DNA from: an uncultured Lysobacterales bacterium
Lineage (GTDB): Bacteria; Pseudomonadota; Gammaproteobacteria; Xanthomonadales; Ahniellaceae
DNA length: 50,759 bases
Assembly: GCA_937924195.1 (NCBI GenBank)
Contig: CALDVP010000066.1
Coordinates: 1-50,759, forward strand
Direction: 5' to 3'
This document shows, one piece after another, positions 40,213 through 48,964 of the stretch. The translations under genes and the position numbers were made by a program. The notes beneath the pieces were generated by a model. The model was not told the origin of the DNA, searched no databases, and saw nothing but the letters and a program-made list of their open reading frames with translations. How positions within the stretch are numbered: position 1 is the stretch's first letter; every line of letters begins with the position of its first letter.

Positions 40213-41448
40213 ATGAAGGTTGCTGCCATCAGCTTCGCGTTCGTAGCGGTCGGGCTCGTTGCCACGCTCGTGATCGAATGGTGGATCGGAGCGCCTGCAT
40301 CCCTATCCGAACTCGGATTCGGTTTTGGCGACAAGATTGGTCGAGTGAAGCTTGGCGAGGGGCTCGGCGATGCGACCCGACTGCCAGCCATTCCTTACGC
40401 GCTCGGCTATTTCGCGCGTTACGTCGACGACCCGAGCGCCGCCGTGTTGATGAAGAACCTGCTGCTTCTTCCGTTGCTCGGCGTGGTCCTCGCACGGATA
40501 TGGCTCGATGGTCCTCGTGATGCCGTCGTCGCCGGCGGCATCGCCTTCCTGATGAGCTTCCCCCAACTGGTTCGGCATACGCTGGCGCTCGTGCCCGAGG
40601 AAGGCTGGCTCGTCCCGATACTTGCCTTTGCGTTCCACCGATTCTTGTCGATACGACGCGGAGCCGACGGCGCGCCGCTGCTGCCCGCGGCGCTGGCGCT
40701 CGCGATCGGCGTATGGATCAAGCCCACGATGCTCGCGATCGCACCAGTGCTCGCGGCGCTGATCGCCTGGAAGGCCGGCCGCGCGCGCGATCTGCTGCCG
40801 ACGTGCGGCCTCGTTTGCGTCTCGATCCTGATCCTCTCGGCGCTGCATCTGGTCGACAGCGGTCGTTTCACGCCGACCAGCTCCCTCAATGGCTATGAGC
40901 TCTGGAAAGGCAACGCCATCGAGGCGCTTGCGCATTTTCCCGAACGCAGCCTCGATGTCATCAGTCACCGCGCCCCGGTGTGGGAATCCGATGATGATGA
41001 GTGGGCCTGGAGCCGACGCTGCACGGAGGCGGCGCTCGAATTCTGGTCCGAGCATCCCGCCGCGGCTCGCGAGCTGTTCATCCGCAAGTTCGGCCAGGTC
41101 TTTTTTCGGATCCGCGGCGAGGAGTCGCCGTCCGATTTTGCTGGGCGTGATCGACTGAAGTCCTGGGGCATGGTCTGGATGTTCGGCTTCCGGATCGCGC
41201 TTTGGCTTGCGATCGGACTCGCGCTCGCCACCGTCCTGCGCGCCGCCGCCGGATCCACGATGTCGCACGACGCGCTGATCGATGCGGTCGGATTCATTGC
41301 CGTACTCACGGCCTTCACCGCCCCGTATCTGATCGCGTGGGGCACCGAGCGGAGGCTGATGCCGATGGTGATCCCGGTTTTCTTGTACCTGTGGTCGGTA
41401 TGGCGACGACGCTCTCCGAGCGGTCAGGCGTCCGTGGCGCGAACGTAG
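40213..41448 (+). CDS. GT-C-fold membrane glycosyltransferase-like protein (ArnT/PMT_2-like), function unknown
   Basis: 411 aa, about 9-10 TM helices. Acidic first-loop motif YVDDPSA. A soluble loop NGYELWKGNAIEA...EAALEFWSEHPAAARELFIRKFGQVFF resembles the GNN/...nP...K..ff loop of GT39/83-type enzymes. Codon usage is atypical for this window (ATA, CTA, GTA, TTG, CTT present). Confidence 0.5.
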   Translation: MKVAAISFAFVAVGLVATLVIEWWIGAPASLSELGFGFGDKIGRVKLGEGLGDATRLPAIPYALGYFARYVDDPSAAVLMKNLLLLPLLGVVLARIWLDGPRDAVVAGGIAFLMSFPQLVRHTLALVPEEGWLVPILAFAFHRFLSIRRGADGAPLLPAALALAIGVWIKPTMLAIAPVLAALIAWKAGRARDLLPTCGLVCVSILILSALHLVDSGRFTPTSSLNGYELWKGNAIEALAHFPERSLDVISHRAPVWESDDDEWAWSRRCTEAALEFWSEHPAAARELFIRKFGQVFFRIRGEESPSDFAGRDRLKSWGMVWMFGFRIALWLAIGLALATVLRAAAGSTMSHDALIDAVGFIAVLTAFTAPYLIAWGTERRLMPMVIPVFLYLWSVWRRRSPSGQASVART

Positions 41449-41945
41449 TCGACGAACGCCAAAGGATGTGCATGTCGCTCGTCCGCAGGCTGCGCCTGCC
41501 GCGCGACCTCGCGCCACTGCGCAAGGTCGAGCGACGGGAAGAACGCGTCGGCGCCCGCGACCTCGACGTCGACCCGGGTCAGCCAGAGCGCGTCGGCTCG
41601 CGGCAGCGCCAGCGCGTAGACCTCGGCGCCTCCGATGACGACGAGCGGTGCATCGCCCGCGCGAGCCCGCGCCTCGTCGAGACTTCCGACCGCGACCTGC
41701 CCGTCGAATGGCGCCCGGCCGCCGCGCGTCAGCACCAGGTTGACCCGCCCCGGCAGTGCCCGGCCAATGGATTCTGCGGTCTTGCGGCCCATCAGCACCG
41801 CGTGGCCGAGCGTCCGCGCCTTGAAACGTTTGAGGTCGTCCGGCAAGTGCCACGGCAACGCGTTACCGCGGCCGATCGCCCCCGCGCGATCGAGCGCAGC
41901 GACGAGGATCAGCTTCGGCGGACGGGCCACCGACGCCACACTCAC
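41424..41945 (-). CDS. folA: dihydrofolate reductase
   Basis: C-terminal part of ORF 41424..42653(-): KLILVAALDRAGAIGRGNALPWHLPDDLKRFKARTLGHAVLMGRKTAESIG. GTG at 41943-41945 forms a GTGA overlap with the upstream stop. In-frame GTGs at 41939 and 41930 are alternatives. Confidence 0.88.
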   Translation of the reverse strand: MSVASVARPPKLILVAALDRAGAIGRGNALPWHLPDDLKRFKARTLGHAVLMGRKTAESIGRALPGRVNLVLTRGGRAPFDGQVAVGSLDEARARAGDAPLVVIGGAEVYALALPRADALWLTRVDVEVAGADAFFPSLDLAQWREVARQAQPADERHAHPLAFVDYVRATDA

Positions 41946-42586
41946 CCGGCAGTGTCCTTCGCCAGCACATGCGGCGCGACCCGCGCGAGCTGGCGGTCGT
42001 GCACGCGCGCGAGCAGCAACTGGGCCGCGATCGCGCCGATCAGCGCGAGCAGCATGTCCTTCTGCGCGTCCCACTCGTCGCCCTGCGTACCGAGGAAGGC
42101 CTCGGCGCCCTGCCCGGCCGCCTCGGCCGCGACCCACTCGATCAGCTCGTAGAAGGCGCTGAACGACAGGCACACGCACAGCACCAGGTAGAACAGCCAG
42201 CCGCCGCGGCGCAGCGGGGTCGCGCGCAGCAGTACCTCGCGCGCCAGGATCGCCGGCACGAAGCCCTGCGCGAGGTGGCCGATGCGGTCGTAGTGGTTGC
42301 GCTCGAAGCCGAACCAGTCCTGCATCCAGAAGCCGAGCGGCACCTCGGCATAGGTGTAGCGGGCGCCAACGACCAGGATCACGCAGTGCACCGCGATCAG
42401 GCCGTAGAGCAATGGCGTCAGCGGATGGCGCCGGAAGGTCGCGATCAGGATCGGCACTCCGATCATCACCGGCAGCGCCTCGGCCCACCACGTCGCGCGA
42501 TCGGCGGGATTCATCCCCGACCATGCGAGCGCCGCCAACACGACGACGAGCCACGCGAGCGGCCCGCGCGGATCGACCGCGCTCAT
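41942..42586 (-). CDS. DUF2238-like (YjdF-like) inner-membrane protein
   Basis: ATG at 42584-42586 (ATGA overlap with the thyA stop). 214 aa with about 6 TM helices. [15 protein letters not shown] motif as I recall for DUF2238. Confidence 0.6.
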   Translation of the reverse strand: MSAVDPRGPLAWLVVVLAALAWSGMNPADRATWWAEALPVMIGVPILIATFRRHPLTPLLYGLIAVHCVILVVGARYTYAEVPLGFWMQDWFGFERNHYDRIGHLAQGFVPAILAREVLLRATPLRRGGWLFYLVLCVCLSFSAFYELIEWVAAEAAGQGAEAFLGTQGDEWDAQKDMLLALIGAIAAQLLLARVHDRQLARVAPHVLAKDTAG

Positions 42587-43377
42587 ACCGCGACCGGTGC
42601 CTGGATCGGTGGATGGCACTGGTAGTCCTCGATGCGGATGTCGTCGTAGCCAAAGTCGAACAGCGAGCGCACCGCCGGGTTCAGCACCAGCCGCGGTGGC
42701 GGGAAGGGCTCGCGCGCGAGCAGGGTCTCGGCCTGCTCGAGGTGGTTCAGATACAGGTGCGCGTCGCCGAGGGTATGCACGAAGTCGCCCGGCACCAGGT
42801 CGGTGATCTGCGCGACCATGTGCGTCAGCAGCGCGTAGCTCGCGATGTTGAAGGGCACGCCGAGGAACACATCGGCCGAGCGCTGGTAGAGCTGGCACGA
42901 CAGCCGGCCCTGCGCGACGTGGAACTGGAACAGCGTGTGGCAGGGCTGGAGCGCCATGCGGTCGAGCTCGCCGACGTTCCACGCGCTGACGACGAGGCGC
43001 CGCGAATCGGGATTGCGGCGGATCTCGTCGACGACCCACGCGATCTGGTCGTGCACGCGCCCATCGGCGCCACGCCATGCCCGCCATTGTGCACCGTAGA
43101 CCGGCCCGAGCTCGCCTTCGGCGTCGGCCCATTCGTCCCAGATCGTGACCCCATGCTCGCGCAGGTAGGCGATGTTGGTCTGGCCACGCAGGAACCACAA
43201 AAGCTCATGCACGATCGAGCGCAGGTGCAACTTCTTGGTCGTCAGCAGCGGGAAGCCGGCTGCGAGGTCGAAGCGCATCTGGTGGCCGAAGACCGACAGC
43301 GTGCCGGTGCCGGTGCGGTCCGACTTGCGGACGCCCTCGGTGAGGATGCGCCGGACGAGATCGTGGTAGGCCTCCAT
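42583..43377 (-). CDS. thyA: thymidylate synthase (ThyA type)
   Basis: 264 aa. [48 protein letters not shown], and C-terminal IQAPVAV. Confidence 0.96.
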   Translation of the reverse strand: MEAYHDLVRRILTEGVRKSDRTGTGTLSVFGHQMRFDLAAGFPLLTTKKLHLRSIVHELLWFLRGQTNIAYLREHGVTIWDEWADAEGELGPVYGAQWRAWRGADGRVHDQIAWVVDEIRRNPDSRRLVVSAWNVGELDRMALQPCHTLFQFHVAQGRLSCQLYQRSADVFLGVPFNIASYALLTHMVAQITDLVPGDFVHTLGDAHLYLNHLEQAETLLAREPFPPPRLVLNPAVRSLFDFGYDDIRIEDYQCHPPIQAPVAV

Positions 43378-43389
43378 GGCGCCGTCCGG

Positions 43390-44262
43390 TCAGCGATCGT
43401 GGATGACCGGCACCAGCGTCGGGCTGCGTCGCGCGGCGATCAGCAGCGCGACGCCGACCGCGATCAGCGGCAGCGTCAGCAGCTGGCCCATCGTCAGCCA
43501 GCCGAAGGCCAGATAGCCGATGTCGGCATCGGGCACGCGCACGAACTCGACCGCAAAACGCGCCAGGCCATAGCCGATCGCGAACAGGCCCGCGACTGCG
43601 TATCGGGGCCGCGGCCGCGATGAGTACCACCACAGCACGACGAACAGCACGAGCCCCTCGAACGCCGCCTGATAGAGCTGCGAGGGATGGCGCGCGAAGG
43701 CGTCGAGCTGGCCCGCCGCGTGCAGTTCGGCCAGCGTCGACGGCGGCAGCGAGCGCTCGGGTTCGGGCAACGCCGACGGAAACACGACGCCCCACGAGCC
43801 GCCGGTCTCCTTGCCCCACAGTTCGCCGTTGATGTAGTTGCCGATGCGGCCGAAGCCGAGCCCGGGCGGCACCAGCGGCGCGACGAAGTCGACGGCATCC
43901 CAGAAGGCCACCCGGTTCTTGCGGGTCCACCACCAGCCGGCCGCGAGCACGCCGAGCAGCCCGCCATGGAAGCTCATCCCGCCCTCCCAGACGCGCAGCA
44001 GCATCAGCGGATCGCGCAGCCACTCGTGCCAGGCGTAGAACAGGATCCAGCCGAGCCGACCGCCGGCGATCACCCCGATCATCCCGTAGAACATGAGATC
44101 GCCGAACGCAGTCTCGCTGACCGGCAGGCGGCCCTGCGCGAGGCGCCGGCGACCGAGCCACCAGGCGACCGCGAATGCGACGAGATACATGAGGCCGTAC
44201 CAGTGGATCGCGACGGGCCCCAAGTCCAGCGCCACCGGGTCGAGCGTGTGGAGATGCGTCAT
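43390..44262 (-). CDS. lgt: prolipoprotein diacylglyceryl transferase
   Basis: ORF trimmed to the ATG at 44260-44262 ([27 protein letters not shown]). [13 protein letters not shown] signature. 290 aa. Confidence 0.93.
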   Translation of the reverse strand: MTHLHTLDPVALDLGPVAIHWYGLMYLVAFAVAWWLGRRRLAQGRLPVSETAFGDLMFYGMIGVIAGGRLGWILFYAWHEWLRDPLMLLRVWEGGMSFHGGLLGVLAAGWWWTRKNRVAFWDAVDFVAPLVPPGLGFGRIGNYINGELWGKETGGSWGVVFPSALPEPERSLPPSTLAELHAAGQLDAFARHPSQLYQAAFEGLVLFVVLWWYSSRPRPRYAVAGLFAIGYGLARFAVEFVRVPDADIGYLAFGWLTMGQLLTLPLIAVGVALLIAARRSPTLVPVIHDR

Positions 44263-44320
44263 CGGCGGATCGCAGCGTGCGTGGTCGAAGGAGCCACGAT
44301 TGTCGCCGAAGGCGGGCCGC

Positions 44321-45502
44321 TCATGCCGGCGGCAGGTGGGCGACGACACCCTTCAGGTAGCTGGTTTCGGGGATCGCCGGCAGCACCGGGTGGTCGGGTG
44401 CCTGCCCGAGCTGCGCGAGCACCCGGTAGGTGCGCGCCAGCCGCGCGGCGCCGAAACCGACCGCATCGACGAAGGGATCTCGCGGCATGTGGAACGAGCA
44501 CGAGCAACTCACGAGGATGCCGTCGTCCGCGAGCACCCGCATCGCAAGCTCGTTGATCCGGCGATACGCCATGCGGCCCTCCGGGAAATCCTTGCGACGC
44601 TTGACGAAGGCCGGCGGATCGACGATCACGACGTCGAAGCGGCGGCGCTGCTGACGCAGCTCCCGCAGGACCTCGAAGGCGTCGCCGACCTGGGCCGTGA
44701 CGCGCCCGGCCAGTCCGTTCAGGGCCGCATTCGCCTCCACCTGCGCGGCCGCCTGCGCCGAGGCGTCGAGGCAGGTCACCTCCGCCGCGCCGAGCGCCGC
44801 CGCGCGGATGCCCCAGGCACCGACGTAGCTGAAGCAGTCGAGCACACGCGTGCCGCGCACGATACGCTCGAGCAGGTCGCGGTTCGCGCGTTGGTCGTAG
44901 AACCAGCCGGTCTTCTGGCCACGGACCGGATCGACCGCGAACTCGACGCCGCCCTCGTGTACGCGGATCGCCTTCGGCAGCTCCCCGATGCCGGCCTCGA
45001 CGTACTCCGGCAGCGCCTCGAACTGGCGCGCGCTGCCGGCGTTCTTCCACACCAGCGCCCGCGGCGCCAACACCTCGGCGACCGCGTCCTCGATCTCGCC
45101 ACGCAGCGACTCCATGCCGGCGGTCGCGATCTGACCGACCAGCACATCGTCGAAGCGATCGAGCACGAGGCCCGGCAGGCCATCGGACTCACCATGGACC
45201 AGCCGGTAGTGCGGCGAGTCGAAGAGGCGCGCGCGCAGGGCCAGCGCGGCCTGCAGGCGCTCGGCGACGAGCCGCCGGTCGAGGACGCGGGCCGGGTCGC
45301 GCGCCACGATCCGCGCCGCGATCAACGCATTCGGATTGACGTAGCCGACGCCGAGCGGCCGCTCGCGATCGTCGACGACGAGCACCTGCTGCCCCGGCGT
45401 GAATCCGGACAGCGGCGTGCGCGCGACATCGACCTCGTTCGAGAAGACCCACAGGTGGCCGCCGCGGATCCGCCCGTCCTCGCCGCGCTTCAGGCGCAGC
45501 AT
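44321..45502 (-). CDS. rlmI: 23S rRNA m5C methyltransferase, RlmI family
   Basis: C-terminal part of ORF 44321..46093(-). [24 protein letters not shown] aligns with the E. coli RlmI N-terminus. Motifs [31 protein letters not shown] and DPPAF. An alternative ATG at 45535 shares 1 nt with the hmgA stop. Confidence 0.8.
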   Translation of the reverse strand: MLRLKRGEDGRIRGGHLWVFSNEVDVARTPLSGFTPGQQVLVVDDRERPLGVGYVNPNALIAARIVARDPARVLDRRLVAERLQAALALRARLFDSPHYRLVHGESDGLPGLVLDRFDDVLVGQIATAGMESLRGEIEDAVAEVLAPRALVWKNAGSARQFEALPEYVEAGIGELPKAIRVHEGGVEFAVDPVRGQKTGWFYDQRANRDLLERIVRGTRVLDCFSYVGAWGIRAAALGAAEVTCLDASAQAAAQVEANAALNGLAGRVTAQVGDAFEVLRELRQQRRRFDVVIVDPPAFVKRRKDFPEGRMAYRRINELAMRVLADDGILVSCSCSFHMPRDPFVDAVGFGAARLARTYRVLAQLGQAPDHPVLPAIPETSYLKGVVAHLPPA

Positions 45503-45534
45503 CGGAAGCCCGCCGCCCGGCGCGGCGGCGGCCA

Positions 45535-46836
45535 TCAGCGGCGGTCCGGATCGAAGTGCCGGACCAGCCCCGCCCAGCTGTCCGGGTAGTTGCGCTGGCG
45601 CTCGTCGGCGTCGAGCGCCTGGCGCGTCGGCCGGAGCACCGCGCGGGTCTCGAACATGAAGGCCATCGTGTCGCGGATGTGGTCTGGCTTCGTCGTGTCG
45701 GCGGCGCTGGCCTTGGCGAAGGTCTCGGCGTCGGGGCCGTGGCCGCTCATGCAGTTGTGCAGGCTGGAGCCGCCCGGCGCGAAACCTTCCGCCTTGGCGT
45801 CGTAGACGCCGTGGACGAGCCCCATGAACTCGCTGGCGACGTTGCGGTGGAACCACGGTGGCCGGAAGGTGTCGGTGCCGACCAGCCAGCGCGGCGGAAA
45901 GATCACGAAGTCGAGGTTCGCGGTGCCCGGCGTGTCCGAGGGACTCGTCAGCACGGTGAAGATCGACGGGTCCGGATGGTCGTAGCTGATCGAGCCGATC
46001 GTGTTGAAGCGGCGCAGGTCGTAGCGGCACGGCGCATGGTTGCCGTGCCAGGCGACGACATCGAGCGGCGAATGGCCGATCGGCGCGCGCCACAGCGCGC
46101 CCTGGAACTTCGCGATCAACTCGTATTCACCGAGCTCATCCTCGTACCAGGCCACCGGATACTCGAAGTCGCGCGGGTTTGCGAGGCCATTGGCGCCGAT
46201 CGGGCCGAGGTCCGGGATGCGCATCGGCGCGCCAAAGTTCTCGCAGACGTAGCCGCGGGCTTCGCCATCCGGCAGCTCGACGCGAAAGCGGATGCCGCGC
46301 GGGATCAGCGCGATCTGCTGCGGCTCGATCTCGATCAGCCCGCACTCGGTCGCGATCCTAAGCGCGCCCTGCTGCGGCACGATCAGCAACTCGCCGTCGG
46401 CGGAGTAGAGGAAGCGGCCCTGCATCGACCGGTTGGCGGCGTAGACGTAGACGCCGATGCCCGCTTGCTGCGCCGCACCACCGTTGCCGGCCATCGTGTA
46501 GAGCCCGTCGACGAAGTCGGTGGGCGCCTTCGGGATCGGCCGCGGCGACCAGCGCAACTGGTTCGGCGACGGCGCCACCTCGTCGAAGCGGTTGTGCCAG
46601 TGCTCGTGGCGGTGCGGCACGAACTCGCCATGCACTGCCGCCGGCCGGATCCGGTAGAACCAAGAGCGCCGGTTCTCACGGCGCGGCGCGGTGAACGCGC
46701 TGCCCGAGATCTGCTCGGCATACAGGCCGTAGGGCGCGCGCTGCGGCGAATTGCGGCCGACCGGCAACGCGCCCGGCAACGCCTCGGTCGCGAACTCGTT
46801 GCCGAAACCGGTCAGGTAGCGGGGGGCGGTGGTCAT
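45535..46836 (-). CDS. hmgA: homogentisate 1,2-dioxygenase
   Basis: ORF trimmed to the ATG at 46834-46836 ([49 protein letters not shown]). 433 aa. The start forms an ATGA with the upstream gene's stop. Confidence 0.93.
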   Translation of the reverse strand: MTTAPRYLTGFGNEFATEALPGALPVGRNSPQRAPYGLYAEQISGSAFTAPRRENRRSWFYRIRPAAVHGEFVPHRHEHWHNRFDEVAPSPNQLRWSPRPIPKAPTDFVDGLYTMAGNGGAAQQAGIGVYVYAANRSMQGRFLYSADGELLIVPQQGALRIATECGLIEIEPQQIALIPRGIRFRVELPDGEARGYVCENFGAPMRIPDLGPIGANGLANPRDFEYPVAWYEDELGEYELIAKFQGALWRAPIGHSPLDVVAWHGNHAPCRYDLRRFNTIGSISYDHPDPSIFTVLTSPSDTPGTANLDFVIFPPRWLVGTDTFRPPWFHRNVASEFMGLVHGVYDAKAEGFAPGGSSLHNCMSGHGPDAETFAKASAADTTKPDHIRDTMAFMFETRAVLRPTRQALDADERQRNYPDSWAGLVRHFDPDRR

Positions 46837-47393
46837 CGTGGGTCCTCTTTGCTGGGGGTCGCCGCCTGGCGCGCGTCGATGGCGATCCGTTGCCGGATCA
46901 GATCCCGCTGGCACTCATTCACCGCCGTGCGGAAGAGCCGCTCCAGCAGCACCTGGTCACTGGCGAGACCGGCACCGACGACCGCCCGGCAGAACTCGTG
47001 GTCCTTGTCGCGCCCAGCGGCGTACTTCGAGATCAGGAGGTCGTGGACCTCGAGGCACAGGCCGACGTACCCGCTGGTATTCGGATTCTCCACCGCCACC
47101 AGCCGCTCGCTCCAGTCCTCGGGCAGGACGGCCGTCGCGACATCGACGCCGTCGGCGAAGTAACCGAATGCATCATGGAAGGGAGACAGCTCGCCGAGCG
47201 AGCCCGTGACGAGATCCGAGCGATCCGGCGCATCGAGCGGAACGAGATCGGCCTCCATCGACAGCAGCGCCCTCGGTGGCGCGCCAGTCGGAAACTGGCC
47301 CAGGATCGATTGGCTGCCGATCACGAGGATGCGCCGCGAACCGGTGATCGCGCCGGCGGCCCGAATCAGGTGCTCGAGCTGCTCACGACGCAT
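46833..47393 (-). CDS. minimal nucleotidyltransferase-fold protein, DUF6036-like
   Basis: 186 aa. [35 protein letters not shown]...[10 protein letters not shown] fits the pol-beta NTase hG[GS] ... [DE]x[DE] pattern and my memory of DUF6036 proteins. C-terminal helical half ([17 protein letters not shown]). High GC3. Confidence 0.6.
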   Translation of the reverse strand: MRREQLEHLIRAAGAITGSRRILVIGSQSILGQFPTGAPPRALLSMEADLVPLDAPDRSDLVTGSLGELSPFHDAFGYFADGVDVATAVLPEDWSERLVAVENPNTSGYVGLCLEVHDLLISKYAAGRDKDHEFCRAVVGAGLASDQVLLERLFRTAVNECQRDLIRQRIAIDARQAATPSKEDPR

Positions 47394-47706
47394 CGCGCAA
47401 GATCGCCCAGCGCTCGCGCGGGCCTAGCACGCCGGCGAAGGGCGAACTCGCCTGCAGGCGCCTTGAACGTTCGTCATCGCCTTCGAGAAACTCGAGTACC
47501 GTTTCGACTGGCTGGGCCAGCACCGCTCGCCAGGCCTCGTAGGCAGGCGGGAGCGTGCCGCCGAAGGAGTCCCGCTGCCAGCGATCGAGGTTCTCGCGCG
47601 CCCGCGCGATCGGCGTCGGGTCGCCGCCGCGCACCCTGCGAGCGATCTCCCGGTGCATCGCCGAGATCTGGCGCTCGATCCTCGCCTTCGCGTGACCCGC
47701 GGTCAT
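47383..47706 (-). CDS. hypothetical 107-aa helical protein, upstream partner of the NTase
   Basis: ATG at 47704-47706, 17 nt after the hppD stop. Overlaps the NTase start by 11 nt. Strong GC3 bias. Arg/Glu-rich helices. No family recognised by eye. Confidence 0.45.
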   Translation of the reverse strand: MTAGHAKARIERQISAMHREIARRVRGGDPTPIARARENLDRWQRDSFGGTLPPAYEAWRAVLAQPVETVLEFLEGDDERSRRLQASSPFAGVLGPRERWAILRDAS

Positions 47707-47723
47707 CTGCGCGTCGACGGAAG

Positions 47724-48818
47724 TCAGAGCACGCCGCGGCGCATCTGGTCGCGCTCGATCGATTCGAACAGCGCCTGGAAGTTGCCCTCGCCGAAGCCTT
47801 CGTTGCCCTTGCGCTGGATGATCTCGAAGAAGATCGGGCCGATCTGGTTCTCGGTGAAGATCTGCAGCAGTTTGCGCTGCTTGGTCTCGGGATCGGCGTC
47901 GATCAGGATCCGGAGCTCCCGCATCTGCGCGACGTCCTCGCCGTGGTTCGGGATCCGTTCGTCGATCACGTCATAGTAGGTGTCTGGCGTATGCAGGAAG
48001 CTCATGCCTGCCTCGCGCATCGCCTCGACTGTCGCGTAGATGTCGTCGGTGAAGCAGGCGATGTGCTGGATGCCCTCGCCGTGGTAATGGTCGAGGTACT
48101 CGTTGATCTGCGACTTCGGGTCGGAGGACTCGTTGAGCGGGATGCGCACGATCCCGTCCGGTGCGGTCATCGCCTTCGACACGAGGCCGGTCTTGACGCC
48201 CTTGATGTCGAAGTAGCGGATCTCGCGGAAGCCGAACAGCCGCTCGTAATAGTCGGCCCACTTCGCCATGTTGCCGAAGTAGAGGTTGTGCGTGAGGTGG
48301 TCGATGAAGGTGAGGCCGAAACCGGCCGGTCGCGGGTCGGCGCCGGCGATCGGCTCGTAATCGGCGGCGAAGGCCGCGCCCTTGTCGCCGCGGTCGGAGA
48401 CGAGGTACAGCATGCAGTCGCCGATGCCGCGGATCACCGGCGCGTCGAGCGCACGGCTGTCGGCGTGATCGGCGATCGGCTCGGCGCCGCGCGCGGTGAC
48501 CGCCGCGAAGGCTTCGGCACCGTCGCGCACCCGGATCGCGAAACCGCAGGCGCAGGGACCGTGCGCCCGCGCGAAGTCCTCGGCGAAGGAGCCTTCGGTC
48601 TCGTTGACCAGGAAGATCACGTCGCCCTGGCGGTACAGCGTGATCGGCCGCGTCCGGTGTCGCATCGTCGCGGTGAAGCCCATGCGCCGCATCAGCGCGT
48701 GCAGGGCCTCGCGCGAGCCGGCGTCGGGCGCCGCGAACTCGACGAACTCGAAACCGTTGATCCCGAGTGGATTCTCGAAGGTGCTCGGCTGCATGCCGAG
48801 ATTCGGCTGGGCGCTCAT
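47724..48818 (-). CDS. hppD: 4-hydroxyphenylpyruvate dioxygenase
   Basis: 364 aa. ENPLGINGFEFVEFA, IDHLTHN, GEGIQHIAF, and C-terminal GFGEGNFQALFESIERDQMRRGVL. GGGAGGGAACG precedes the ATG. Confidence 0.95.
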   Translation of the reverse strand: MSAQPNLGMQPSTFENPLGINGFEFVEFAAPDAGSREALHALMRRMGFTATMRHRTRPITLYRQGDVIFLVNETEGSFAEDFARAHGPCACGFAIRVRDGAEAFAAVTARGAEPIADHADSRALDAPVIRGIGDCMLYLVSDRGDKGAAFAADYEPIAGADPRPAGFGLTFIDHLTHNLYFGNMAKWADYYERLFGFREIRYFDIKGVKTGLVSKAMTAPDGIVRIPLNESSDPKSQINEYLDHYHGEGIQHIACFTDDIYATVEAMREAGMSFLHTPDTYYDVIDERIPNHGEDVAQMRELRILIDADPETKQRKLLQIFTENQIGPIFFEIIQRKGNEGFGEGNFQALFESIERDQMRRGVL

Positions 48819-48964
48819 CGTTCCCTCCCGATGGGTCGATCCCGGGATTGTACGGCGAAGGCGCGGCGGCTCAGCCGTCGCGGATCACTGCGCCGGAGCG
48901 CACGCCATGGCTGCGCCGGGGGCGCCTCGGCGCGCCGCCGCCGAGCACCGCCGCTGCGACGGCC

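Noticed and set aside
44321-45535. rlmI start at the ATG at 45533-45535, sharing one nucleotide with the hmgA stop
   Set aside because: Alignment with the E. coli RlmI N-terminus (MSVRLVLAKGREK...HPWVF versus [18 protein letters not shown]) favours the ATG at 45500-45502. The longer form remains possible.
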